From an uncultured Spirochaetota bacterium (GTDB lineage Bacteria; Spirochaetota; Spirochaetia; SZUA-6; Fen-1364), in assembly GCA_963820525.1 (NCBI GenBank), contig CAWGAA010000003.1, positions 384,001-448,000 on the forward strand: a DNA stretch of 64,000 nucleotides, read 5' to 3'. Under the pieces are notes generated by a model that worked only from the letters and a program-made list of their open reading frames with translations, searched no databases and was not told the origin of the DNA. Positions within the stretch are counted from its first letter, which is position 1, and each line of letters begins with the position of its first letter. Of this stretch, positions 1 through 9,660 are shown in pieces. The position numbers were made by a program, and so were the translations under genes.

Positions 1-1
1 G

Positions 2-220
2 GTGGCAAAGGCTTATATGGAGCTGGAAATCCGCGGCCTGGTCCAGACGCAGGTCGGAAGCGGGACCTACGTCACGGACAAGCAGCCCGACCCGGGCGAA
101 AGGGATCGCGCAAGAAAAATGGTAGAAGAGCTCTGCCTCGACCTTCTCAGGAAAGCGAGCGCCCTGGGAGTGGAAAAGGAAGAAGTTATCTCGATCGTTC
201 GAGATTTAAACGCGAAGTGA
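2..220 (+). CDS. GntR (YtrA-like) transcriptional regulator, 3' part (truncated by window edge)
   Basis: wHTH tail 'AKAYMELEIRGLVQTQVGSGTYV' plus short C-terminal helices; precedes an ABC operon. Confidence 0.85.
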   Translation: MAKAYMELEIRGLVQTQVGSGTYVTDKQPDPGERDRARKMVEELCLDLLRKASALGVEKEEVISIVRDLNAK

Positions 221-232
221 GAGGAGGCGGCC

Positions 233-1324
233 ATGATAGGACTGAAAAAGAAGCAGGAGAACTACCTCATCAAGAACACGCAGGTGACGGAGCTTGAGAG
301 GCACTTTTCGTGGAACGTCGCAAGCGTGATCTGGTTTCTGACATTCCTGGTGGCGGGGATCGCGGCCTACCTCGCCTCGAGCGCCTGGAGCCTTCCGGGG
401 ATTGCCGGGATTGCGGCTCTTGCGTCACCCCTCATCCTATTCGCCACTTTGCTCCTTGCCCGGTGGGAGGTGGTGTTCATCGTTATAATTTCCACAGGAT
501 TGGGCTCGTGCCTTACTCTCGGATCGTCTTGCTGGACGTTCCTCATCTTCTCTGCGGTTGGAAGTATCGGGGGGCTTATGTTTCAAATTGCCAAGGAATG
601 GGAAAGAGCCGTGGTCCTGCGGCTGGGAAAGTTCAAGAAGATCAAGGGGCCGGGGCTCTTCCTGGTCCTCCCCTTCATCGACACCATCGCTCGCAGAATC
701 GACCTGCGCATCCGTGTGACGGACTTCGCGGCCGAGACCGTCCTGACCAGGGACTCCGTGCCCGTCACCGTGGATGCGCTGTGCTTCTGGCTTGTGTGGG
801 ACGCCGAGAAGGCGATGCTCGAGGTGGAAAATTATTTCGAGGCCGTGGTCTTGAGCTCGCAGACCGCTCTGCGAACCGCCGTTTCCAGCAATGACCTGAG
901 CACCCTGTTGACCAACGGTGAGAAGTTCGAAGACGACGTTCGCAAGGAAGTGGAACGAAAGACCACGGAATGGGGAATCACCATCCAGCACGTCGAGATC
1001 ACGCAGATCGAGATTCCTGACGAGCTGGAGAAAGCGATGAGCAGCGTCGCCCAGGCCGAACGCGAGGGGAGGGCCCGCATCCTCCTGAGCGAAGCCGAAA
1101 AGGAGGTGGCGCGAAACCTCGACGAGGCGTCGAGGGTCTACAGGGAAAACCCGGCCGCGCTCAGGCTGAAAAACTTGAGCGTTCTCCAAGAGGGATTCAA
1201 GAACGGCGCCGGCTTGGTTGTTGTGCCATCGCACCTGCCGGAAGAGCTCGGTCAGGACGACGTCTTCGGCCTGAAGGCGCTGAACGAGATGCGCGGCCCC
1301 AAGGGAAAGCCCAACGCTCCATAA
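233..1324 (+). CDS. SPFH/band-7 (stomatin-like) membrane protein
   Basis: N-terminal TM helices; 'ERAVVLRLGK..GPGLFLVLPFID', 'TRDSVPVTVDA', 'QAEREGRARI'. Confidence 0.9.
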   Translation: MIGLKKKQENYLIKNTQVTELERHFSWNVASVIWFLTFLVAGIAAYLASSAWSLPGIAGIAALASPLILFATLLLARWEVVFIVIISTGLGSCLTLGSSCWTFLIFSAVGSIGGLMFQIAKEWERAVVLRLGKFKKIKGPGLFLVLPFIDTIARRIDLRIRVTDFAAETVLTRDSVPVTVDALCFWLVWDAEKAMLEVENYFEAVVLSSQTALRTAVSSNDLSTLLTNGEKFEDDVRKEVERKTTEWGITIQHVEITQIEIPDELEKAMSSVAQAEREGRARILLSEAEKEVARNLDEASRVYRENPAALRLKNLSVLQEGFKNGAGLVVVPSHLPEELGQDDVFGLKALNEMRGPKGKPNAP

Positions 1325-1351
1325 GGGGCGACGGATGCGAGGAGATGCGAC

Positions 1352-2035
1352 ATGCTGATAATCGAGACGAGGGCTCTGGTCAAAGACTACGGGGTCAACG
1401 GAGTCACGGTGAAAGCGCTGCGGGGAATAGACGTGGGCTTCGAGGAGGGGGAGTTCACGGCGATTGCCGGTCCCTCGGGGAGCGGAAAATCGACCCTCCT
1501 CCATCTCATCGGCTGCCTGGACACGGCCACCGCAGGGGAGATTCTCATCGACGGGCGCAATATCGCCGGCTTACGCCGCGGAGATTTATGCGGCCTTCGC
1601 AGGGACAGCATCGGCTTCATCTTCCAGTCCTACAACCTCATCCCGGTCCTCACGTCCCTGGAGAATGTATCTTTCCCTCTCACCTTGCTGGGAGAAGGCC
1701 GCAGAGCTGCCAGGGCCAAAGCAATGGAGGCTCTCCGCGTCGTGGGCTTGGGAGGGCTCGAGAACCGAAGGCCAAAGGAGCTTTCCGGCGGACAGCAGCA
1801 GCGCGTCGCCATTGCCAGGGCGCTCATCAAGAGGCCCCGGCTCATCCTGGCGGACGAGCCGACGGCCAACCTCGACTCCAAGACCGGAAGTGAGATACTC
1901 GCGCTCATGCTGGCGCTGAACGCGGAGATCAGGACCACATTTATTTTCTCAACCCACGACAAGATGGTCATGGATTTCGCGCGCAGGCTGATTCTCCTGC
2001 GTGACGGCAGGATCGTCGAGGAGCAGGAAGGATGA
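1352..2035 (+). CDS. ABC transporter ATP-binding protein (LolD/MacB-like)
   Basis: Walker A GPSGSGKST, LSGGQQQR signature, ILADEPT. Confidence 0.95.
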   Translation: MLIIETRALVKDYGVNGVTVKALRGIDVGFEEGEFTAIAGPSGSGKSTLLHLIGCLDTATAGEILIDGRNIAGLRRGDLCGLRRDSIGFIFQSYNLIPVLTSLENVSFPLTLLGEGRRAARAKAMEALRVVGLGGLENRRPKELSGGQQQRVAIARALIKRPRLILADEPTANLDSKTGSEILALMLALNAEIRTTFIFSTHDKMVMDFARRLILLRDGRIVEEQEG

Positions 2036-3355
2036 CGGCGGTGAAGAGACCGCGGGCGAAGCTGCTGGGCCTCGCCTTCAAGAACCTTTCACGGCACAGG
2101 GTAAAGACCGCGATCACGGTCACCGCGGTTGCACTGGGAATCGTCTCCTATCTCTACATGGACGGCTTCATCGCGGGGGTCAACACGGAGTCGCGGAGGA
2201 ACCTCGTCAACTATGAAATGGGAGCGGCGAAGATATACTCCAGGGCCTATTGGGACAACAAGGACGAACTGCCCCTTTACGAGGGCTTCAGGGGCTATCG
2301 GACCATCAGGGAGGCGCTCGAGCACGCGGGGTACAGCGTTGCGCCTCGCGCAACCTTTGTCGGTACGCTCCTCAGCCGCGAAGAGGAGCTGCCCTTCGTG
2401 TTCGCCGGCGTGGAGCCGGCCTCGGAGAAAAAGATGTTCCTGTATCCCGCCTCCATTGAGCAAGCCGAGGGGGGGCACTTTCCCTCGGACGGGGTCTTCG
2501 AGATCCTGCTCGGCGTCAGGGGTGCAAAGGATTTGAGGGTTCGTGTCGGGGACACGGTGAGGCTCTCTACCGTCATCGACAAGCGCGATGAGGCGGGGGT
2601 GCTGCGTCACATCAACCAGGTCATCGACCTCGTGGTGGCCGGGATCGTCAACTCTCCCGATCCGGTGGTGAACGGGTATATGGCTTTCCTCCCTTTGAGC
2701 ATTCTCCAAGACGAGATGGGCATCCTCCTGGAGGGGAGCGTCACGGGAGCTCATCATCCGGAAGGCGGGAGCCCGCGAGGACGAGCTTCCTGGCGCCTTC
2801 GAAGCGCCCGCCGTCATCGCGGCGAAGCTCGGCGACTCGCTTCCCGAGTCCCTGATGGTGGTGGGCTGGCAGGACAACGCCAGGGACTACCTGGTCGCTT
2901 CCGCGAGCGACGTCATCCAGTCCGTGGTGTTCCTGGGGTTTTTCTTCGTCATCGTGCTCCTGGTGATCGCAAATACGGTTCTCATGGCTGTCCTGGAGCG
3001 CACCAGGGAGATCGGCATGCTGCGGGCCCTCGGGATGGGCGACGGGGCCATCGTCAGGCTCTTCTCCATAGAAACGGGACTGATCGGATTCCTCGGGGCT
3101 CTCATCGGGATAGTCCTCTCTTTGCCGCTCAACTACTGGATGGTGAACCACGGAATCGACTATACGCGGATGATGGAGGATTCCGGAATCACCAACCTCG
3201 GTTACCGGGTGACGGGAGTTTTCAAGTCCGCCTGGAACTTCCCCACCATGGCCTGGAGCATACTCGGGGCCACGCTCCTTTCGTCGGTGACGGCGTTGTT
3301 CCCCTCGGTCAGGGCCGTCCGTATGGCGATCACGGACGCGTTCCGGACGGATTGA
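2032..3355 (+). pseudogene. FtsX/LolE-like ABC permease with a frameshift (or sequencing error) near 2746
   Basis: 5' frame starts 'KNLSRHRVKT'; 3' frame has 'AVLERTREIGMLRALG'. Removing one G from GGG at 2745-2747 gives continuous VTELIIRKAG... Confidence 0.8.
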
Positions 3356-3362
3356 AAAGGAG

Positions 3363-4676
3363 ATGGCGGGGATGAAGAACGGCACAGAGCGGGTTGTCAA
3401 AGGCAGGCGGACGAGGAGAGGCGGCTTTTTCGCTCTCCTGGTGATCGCGCACAGGAACATCTACAGGAACAGGCGCAGGTCCGTGCTGTGCGTCGTGGCC
3501 ATCGCCGTCACTGTTTTTTTCATCATCGCGCTGGCAGCATTGATGGACGGCATGATGGACACTTTCCGAAAACAGATCATCACGTACGAGAGCGGGCATA
3601 TCCTGGTCTCATCGGCGGAGTACGAGAAGAAGAGCCTCTTCATGCCCCTGCAGTATCCCCTCGAGCTGCCGGACAAGGACCTGCCGGAGCTCGTCCGGGA
3701 GCTGGAGCAGGGCCCGAGGGTCGCCAGGGCCTTCCCCCGCATAAAGACGCGGGTCAGCATCCTCAACAGCGCGACCAAGAGCGCTCTGCTCTGGGGAATC
3801 GATATGGAGAAGGAGCTGGCCTACAACGTCTTCAACTATAAGACCCGAAACGCGGGCAAGTGCCTCGTGGAAGGCCGCTATCCGCTGCCGGATGCGAACG
3901 AGTGCGCCATCGGATTCCGTCTTGCCCGAGCCATGGGCGTGCAGGTGGGCGACAAAATCCAGATGCGCATGATCTCCGCCGAGTTCTCCGACAAGTACTA
4001 TTCTCCCGTCATCGTCGGTATTATGGACCTCAATTTTTCGGAGATGGACAAGAATGCCGTCGTCATTCCTTTCTCCCGGGCGCAGAGGCTTGCATCGCTT
4101 GCCGGAAAGACTCAAGTGCTCACCGTGTATCTCAAGGACATCAATGCTGCGGACGCGGTGAGCGCGGAGCTGCAGAGGAAGTACGCGGGGTATCAGGGGC
4201 TTTCCATAAAACCCTACACACGGCATCCATACCTCACGCTCTTGAAATCGAGCGAGATCATGATGGTGATCATCTACGCGGTTTTCATGGTGGTGGCCTC
4301 GTTCCTCATCGTCAACACGGTGATCATGGTCATCCATGAGCGGATCAAGGAAATCGGCATGATGGCGGCGCTCGGGATGACCAGGCGGGAGATCGTCGAG
4401 GTCTTTTTCCTCGAGTCCTTGGTGCTGAGCGGTCTGGGATCGGCCATGGGGGGGCTGGCGGGCGGCGTCACAACGTACGTCCTCTCGCGCGTTCCCTTTG
4501 ATATCGGTTCAATCATGGAAAGCATGATGGCGACAAACAATACGCTCTACGTCACTTTCTCTCCCGCGATCATCGTTCAGGGGCTGCTCTTCGGGCTGGT
4601 TGTATCGGGTGTGTGCACCATCCTCCCCTCCCTGAAGTCGGCCTTCGTGAAGCCGGTGGAAGCGATACGCAGATGA
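3363..4676 (+). CDS. FtsX/LolC-like ABC permease
   Basis: 'RNIYRNRRRS' N-terminus, 'ERIKEIGMMAALG', 4-TM layout. Confidence 0.9.
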   Translation: MAGMKNGTERVVKGRRTRRGGFFALLVIAHRNIYRNRRRSVLCVVAIAVTVFFIIALAALMDGMMDTFRKQIITYESGHILVSSAEYEKKSLFMPLQYPLELPDKDLPELVRELEQGPRVARAFPRIKTRVSILNSATKSALLWGIDMEKELAYNVFNYKTRNAGKCLVEGRYPLPDANECAIGFRLARAMGVQVGDKIQMRMISAEFSDKYYSPVIVGIMDLNFSEMDKNAVVIPFSRAQRLASLAGKTQVLTVYLKDINAADAVSAELQRKYAGYQGLSIKPYTRHPYLTLLKSSEIMMVIIYAVFMVVASFLIVNTVIMVIHERIKEIGMMAALGMTRREIVEVFFLESLVLSGLGSAMGGLAGGVTTYVLSRVPFDIGSIMESMMATNNTLYVTFSPAIIVQGLLFGLVVSGVCTILPSLKSAFVKPVEAIRR

Positions 4677-4686
4677 GGAGGATGCC

Positions 4687-5430
4687 ATGAGAACAAACCC
4701 CGCATTGATTGCCGCCGTGGGAATAGCGTTGATTTCCGTTCTGCCCGTCGCGGCGGACGATGTGCTGACCATTGTGAGAAGGCTCGACACCAACGATGTC
4801 TATAAGACCCTCAAGGCAGAGGCCGAGTTCCTCATCCAGTTCAATGGGAAAAAGATCGTGAAGCGCTTCGCCATCCAGGCCAAGGGAGACAGGAACAGCT
4901 TCGTCGAGTTCACCAATCCCGAGGATGCGGGGACCAGGTTCCTCAAGAAGGACGGCAATCTCTTTCTCTACTCCCCGGACGCGGAGGAGATCATTCCCAT
5001 CACGGGCCACATGCTCAAGGAGTCCATGATGGGGTCGGACTTGAGCTATGAAGACACGGTCGGGAACGACACCCTCGAAAGCCTCTACGATGCGAGCATC
5101 GCCGCCGAGGCGGATTTCGATGGAAAGGCGGTGTGGGTTCTGGACTTCGTGGGAAAGAAGAAGACCATCTCCTATCCCCGGCTCAAGATGTGGGTGGACA
5201 AGGAGACGTTTATCTCTTTGAAGACCGAGCGGTATGCGCTATCGGGGGCTCTCCTGAAGGAAGAGCTGGTGCGCGAAACCAAGGAGATCGGAGGAAGGAA
5301 CTTCCCCGTCCGGGTTGAAGTGCGTGATCTGCTTCGAAAAGACTCGCGGACCGTGTTCGCCCTGAATAAGGTGGAGCTGGACACGCCCATCCCGGATAGC
5401 GTTTTCAGCATGCGGAATCTCCAGCGGTAG
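4687..5430 (+). CDS. Outer-membrane lipoprotein-sorting protein (LolA-like)
   Basis: Signal peptide; 'F..PED.GTRFLK', 'MMGSDLSYED', C-terminal 'IPDSVFSMRNL'. Confidence 0.85.
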   Translation: MRTNPALIAAVGIALISVLPVAADDVLTIVRRLDTNDVYKTLKAEAEFLIQFNGKKIVKRFAIQAKGDRNSFVEFTNPEDAGTRFLKKDGNLFLYSPDAEEIIPITGHMLKESMMGSDLSYEDTVGNDTLESLYDASIAAEADFDGKAVWVLDFVGKKKTISYPRLKMWVDKETFISLKTERYALSGALLKEELVRETKEIGGRNFPVRVEVRDLLRKDSRTVFALNKVELDTPIPDSVFSMRNLQR

Positions 5431-5443
5431 CAGGGAGAGGAAA

Positions 5444-6733
5444 GTGTCCAGGTTCTTGTTCCTTCTCTGGGGAGTCACTCTCCTCTTGAGCACGCCTCCC
5501 GTGGAGGCCCAGACCCGGCCTTCCCCGCTTATCAATGGAATCTTCACCTCGCAGATAGGTGTTCTCAATGAAAGGTCGTATCCCGGCGACGGCGGATCGT
5601 TCAGCCAGGGCTGGTCCAACCTGGCCAACCTCAGATACAAGGCCGTCGTGAACGAATGGCTCAGCTTCTCGGTATCGGCAAATATCAGCGCCGAATCGGG
5701 CTTCTACGCGCAATCTCAAGCCGCGAGCGCGGGAATCGAGCTGGAACGCCTTTTCTTCAGGGCGGGAAACGAATGGGTGGAGGTGGAGGCGGGGCTGCTC
5801 AGGATCCCCCGCGGCTATGGATACGTGTTCAGCCCGATGGACCTCTTCAATGTCAGGGACCCGACTAACAGCCTGGATCCCCAGGCGCGCCCTGCGGGGA
5901 AATGGGGAGTTCATGCCACTTTCTTTGCCGAGGACATGTGGAAAATAGAGCTTTTCGGTCTTGCCCCCGATGATCTCCTGGAAAAGGGACCGTGGGGGAG
6001 CAAGCTCGGAGCGGCCAGCACATTCTCCCTGGGAAAGGTCAATGTCGACACCCTCTTCTCCGTGTTCCTTCCCTCTCTTGAATACGGGGTCGATCCGGCA
6101 AGCCGATCTCTCCCTCCGTACACCAACAACGATTTCACGGAGGCGGCGGGATTCGCCGTCAAAGTCGATGTGGAGATCGGCCTGTACATCGAAACGGTCT
6201 ACAGGATCGAGAACAGGAGTTTCGCGGAGGGCAGCTACTACGGCAAGAATCTCGCGTGGTACCGGGGCCTGGAGGCGGTTCTCGGCGCGGATTACACGAT
6301 TAGCGATCTCTATCTCATGGCAGAATACCTTTTTTACGGGCCCGGACACGTGGATTGGGGCGAAAGCCTCGATGCCCTCTACACGTCGCCGAACTGGAAA
6401 AACCTCTCCCCGGCGGGCAGGCCGGCGCTCCTCGACCTCTCGATGAACCCTCTTGCCTTCGCGCGCCACGATTACCTTTTCTTGATGTCGCGATACTCGC
6501 CGGCACAGGACCTGAGCGTCGGCGTGTCATGCCTGGCCGGGCTCGACGACCTTTCGGCGCTCTTCACGGTGTTCGGCGAGTACGAGGTGGTTCAAGGGTT
6601 GACCTTGCAGGCAAGCGCGCTTTTTCCCGTGGACAGAACGCTCTCCGATTCCTCAGCTGCGCCCGGGGAATGGGGTTCCACCAACCTCGGATTCCACCAG
6701 ATGTTCGGGCTGGCGGCGAAAGTGAAGTTCTGA
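5444..6733 (+). CDS. Hypothetical exported protein, probable outer-membrane beta-barrel
   Basis: Signal peptide, alternating amphipathic strands, C-terminal ...AAKVKF. Confidence 0.65.
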   Translation: MSRFLFLLWGVTLLLSTPPVEAQTRPSPLINGIFTSQIGVLNERSYPGDGGSFSQGWSNLANLRYKAVVNEWLSFSVSANISAESGFYAQSQAASAGIELERLFFRAGNEWVEVEAGLLRIPRGYGYVFSPMDLFNVRDPTNSLDPQARPAGKWGVHATFFAEDMWKIELFGLAPDDLLEKGPWGSKLGAASTFSLGKVNVDTLFSVFLPSLEYGVDPASRSLPPYTNNDFTEAAGFAVKVDVEIGLYIETVYRIENRSFAEGSYYGKNLAWYRGLEAVLGADYTISDLYLMAEYLFYGPGHVDWGESLDALYTSPNWKNLSPAGRPALLDLSMNPLAFARHDYLFLMSRYSPAQDLSVGVSCLAGLDDLSALFTVFGEYEVVQGLTLQASALFPVDRTLSDSSAAPGEWGSTNLGFHQMFGLAAKVKF

Positions 6734-6766
6734 TCCTGGACGATCTTGCAAAGTCTGTTACAATAT

Positions 6767-6880
6767 ATGGCAACCAAGCCCGACATCGGGGCCGTGGTGG
6801 CGATCAGCTTCGAAGGCCTCGCCAGGGAGGAGGCCTTGAAGATGGCGCAGCGCTTCAACTGGACAAAGATGAAGGAGTAA
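6767..6880 (+). other. Small 37-aa ORF or gene remnant (MATKPDIGAVVAISFEGLAREEALKMAQRFNWTKMKE)
   Basis: Intergenic ORF with GC3-rich, protein-like codons; below the ORF-track cutoff. Confidence 0.3.
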
Positions 6881-6966
6881 GTTGCCAGGCTGAAGCAGCC
6901 GCCGCGTGACGGCCGCTGGCGGTTGTCTTGTTCAGGAAACAGAGCCGTCCGCAACGCCGGGGAGAA

Positions 6967-7854
6967 ATGGACATGTCGAAAAAAGCGCTGGGCGAGTCTC
7001 TGCTGGCCGATATTGCGGGCTTTCAGAAAAACGAGATCACCGAACATCTCATCTACCACCGGCTCTCCCGGCGCGTGAAGAGCCCGCCGAACGCGAAGCT
7101 TCTCAGAAAGATCGCGGCCGACGAAAAAGCCCACTACGATTTCTGGAAAAGCCACACCCGGCGGGAGGTGAGGCCGAGCCGCTGGAAGGTCTTCAAATAC
7201 TACTGGTTGGCCAGGCTCTTCGGGGTCACTTTCGGCGTCAAGCTCATGGAGCGCGGCGAAGCCGGAGCGCAGGTCGCCTACCGGCGCGTCTTGCGAGTGA
7301 TACCTCGGGCGCGCAAGATCATGGAGGACGAGGAGAAGCACGAGCACGATCTGCTGAAAGCGTTCGACGAGGAGCTTCTGCGCTACGTCGGGTCCATTGT
7401 GCTGGGGTTGAACGACGCGCTGGTCGAATTGACGGGCGCTCTGGCGGGGCTCACCTTCGCCTTGCGCAACACCCGTTTGATCGCGCTGGCCGGTCTGGTC
7501 ACGGGAATCGCCGCCTCCCTGTCGATGGCCGCTTCGGAGTATCTTTCCACAAAGTCCGAGGGGGAGGGTAAAAACGCCTTGAAGAGCGCCGTCTATACCG
7601 GGGTGACGTACGTCGTCACCGTCATGCTCCTCATCGCGCCCTACCTGCTCATCTCGAGCTATCTCCTTTGCCTCCTGCTCACCCTGTCTCTTGCGGTGTT
7701 GATCATCCTTGCGTTCACCTACTATATCGCCGTTGCGAAGGACCTGCCCTTCGGCAGGAGGTTCGTGGAAATGGCCGGAATAAGCCTCACCGTGGCCGTG
7801 CTCAGCTTCGGGATCGGCTCCGTCATCCGGATTCTTCTCGGTGTCGAGGTCTAG
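6967..7854 (+). CDS. Ferritin/rubrerythrin-like domain fused to a VIT1/CCC1 transporter (MbfA-like iron exporter)
   Basis: E..EH / DE..H diiron-type motifs, then 'IVLGLNDALVE', 'SLSMAASEYLS'; start may be 6973. Confidence 0.85.
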   Translation: MDMSKKALGESLLADIAGFQKNEITEHLIYHRLSRRVKSPPNAKLLRKIAADEKAHYDFWKSHTRREVRPSRWKVFKYYWLARLFGVTFGVKLMERGEAGAQVAYRRVLRVIPRARKIMEDEEKHEHDLLKAFDEELLRYVGSIVLGLNDALVELTGALAGLTFALRNTRLIALAGLVTGIAASLSMAASEYLSTKSEGEGKNALKSAVYTGVTYVVTVMLLIAPYLLISSYLLCLLLTLSLAVLIILAFTYYIAVAKDLPFGRRFVEMAGISLTVAVLSFGIGSVIRILLGVEV

Positions 7855-7999
7855 GATTGTCGCCTCAGGATTCCCATTTATTCATGGCGCATTCTTCATA
7901 AAAAGAGGCGCGCCATCTACCTTGCCCCGGAACGCGCCGCAGCATTCGGAATCCGGTTGCCTATACGGAGGGAAGGCTGTAGTATTTCCTGAACGGTTC

Positions 8000-9424
8000 A
8001 TGACAGCGACCATGGGTAATCGCAGAGCCAAAGCCGGGCCAAACGGGAAGCAGGATGCCACGGCCATAATCCTTGACAGCATTTCAGACGGTGTTTTCAC
8101 CGTGGACGAGAGCTGGCGCATCACCTCCTTCAACCGCGCCGCCTCCGACATCACGGGGGTCGCGCGCAAGGCCGCCTTGGGCAAACCCTGCTCAGAGGTC
8201 TTTCGGGCAAGCATGTGCGAGACGGACTGCGCCCTGCGCCGCACCATCGAGTCCGGGAAACCCATTATCAACACGTCCGCCTTCATCGTGACGGCGGAGG
8301 GCCGGCGCGTTCCGATCGGCATTTCAACGGCAATACTTCGTGACGCGAAAGGCCGGGTCATCGGAGGCGTGGAAACCTTCCGGGACCTGAGCCTGGTGGA
8401 AGAGCTTCGAAAGGAGATCCAGGGGCGCCGCCAAGTGGGGGACCTGGTAAGCCGCAGCGCCGCCATGCGCCGGATATTCGACATCATCCCGCAGGTGGCG
8501 GAAAGCGACAGCACCGCCCTCATCCTCGGGGAAACGGGGACCGGCAAGGAGCTTCTGGCCCGCGCGATTCACGATTTAAGCCCCCGCCGCGAGAATCCTT
8601 TCATCGCCGTGAATTGCGGCGCCCTGCCCGACACCCTGCTTGAGTCCGAGCTGTTCGGGTACCGGGCCGGAGCCTTCACCGGAGCGGACAAGGACAAACC
8701 CGGCAGATTCGCCCTGGCTGAAGGCGGGACGCTGTTTCTGGATGAAATCGGGGACGTGAGCCCGGCGCTCCAGGTGCGGCTGCTCAGGGTTCTCCAGGAA
8801 AAAGCCTTTGAGCCGCTGGGGGGCACGGGCTCGGTGAAAAGCGATGTCCGGATCATCGCCGCCACGAATAGAGACCTCGCCGCGGACGTCAAAAAAGGCG
8901 CGTTCCGCCGGGACCTTTTCTACCGCATCAATGTAGTCAGGATAGATCTGCCGCCGCTCAGAAAGCGCCGGGAAGACATTCCGCTCCTGGTGGATCACTT
9001 CATCTCCCGCTTCAACAAGGTCCAGGGCAAATCCGTTTCCGGCATCGATCCGGAGGCCATGGCGCTGCTCATGGCGCACGACTATCCCGGCAACGTCCGG
9101 GAGCTGGAGAACATCATCGAGCATGCCTTTGTGCTTTTGCGGGAAGGATCCATAGGGACGAAGCATCTCCCGGAGGAATTCCTGGCGCGCAATCCGGCGG
9201 CACCCGCTCCCGCGGGGATGCAGTCCTCGGTGCGCGCCGCGGAAGCCCAGGCGATCCGGCAGGCCCTTTCACGGAACAACTTCAACCGCCTTGCGGCGGC
9301 GCGGGAGCTGGGCATGCACAAGAGCACGCTCTTCAGAAAGATCAAGTCACTTGGGCTGGAGCTTTCCGATAAAAACGCCCGGACCGAACCCCGGAAAAAA
9401 GAGCTGCAAAAACGCCACCGTTGA
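8000..9424 (+). CDS. PAS-domain sigma-54-dependent activator, OrpR-like
   Basis: PAS with C-X8-C-X3-C (CSEVFRASMCETDC), GETGTGKE, GAFTGA, C-terminal Fis-type HTH. Confidence 0.9.
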   Translation: MTATMGNRRAKAGPNGKQDATAIILDSISDGVFTVDESWRITSFNRAASDITGVARKAALGKPCSEVFRASMCETDCALRRTIESGKPIINTSAFIVTAEGRRVPIGISTAILRDAKGRVIGGVETFRDLSLVEELRKEIQGRRQVGDLVSRSAAMRRIFDIIPQVAESDSTALILGETGTGKELLARAIHDLSPRRENPFIAVNCGALPDTLLESELFGYRAGAFTGADKDKPGRFALAEGGTLFLDEIGDVSPALQVRLLRVLQEKAFEPLGGTGSVKSDVRIIAATNRDLAADVKKGAFRRDLFYRINVVRIDLPPLRKRREDIPLLVDHFISRFNKVQGKSVSGIDPEAMALLMAHDYPGNVRELENIIEHAFVLLREGSIGTKHLPEEFLARNPAAPAPAGMQSSVRAAEAQAIRQALSRNNFNRLAAARELGMHKSTLFRKIKSLGLELSDKNARTEPRKKELQKRHR

Positions 9425-9452
9425 ACGATCGAATAGTCGCAATTCCGCGACT
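9402..9452 (+). promoter_or_regulatory. Tandem upstream activator sites (GTCGC-N6-GCKAC type)
   Basis: AGTCGC-AATTCC-GCGACT inverted repeat at 9435-9452 and a degenerate copy 33 bp upstream; same geometry as 15414-15464. Confidence 0.6.
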
Positions 9453-9539
9453 GGGCTGTCACGCCGGGGGGTATCTTTCATAGCGACAACTCCTTATAGG
9501 AAAAGAGAATATATACATTCTCGACCTTCACTGGGTGAA

Positions 9540-9555
9540 TGGCACATATCTTGCA
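9540..9555 (+). promoter_or_regulatory. Sigma-54 (-24/-12) promoter
   Basis: TGGCAC-ATATC-TTGCA matches the consensus. Confidence 0.85.
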
Positions 9556-9660
9556 AACTCTGGCAATGAGACCGCCGTCATGAAAGCGCCAATATCCACA
9601 TGGCATCGCAACCGCCGGCGGGGATGCTCACAACGCGGGGAGGAGGATCTCGCCTCGCAG

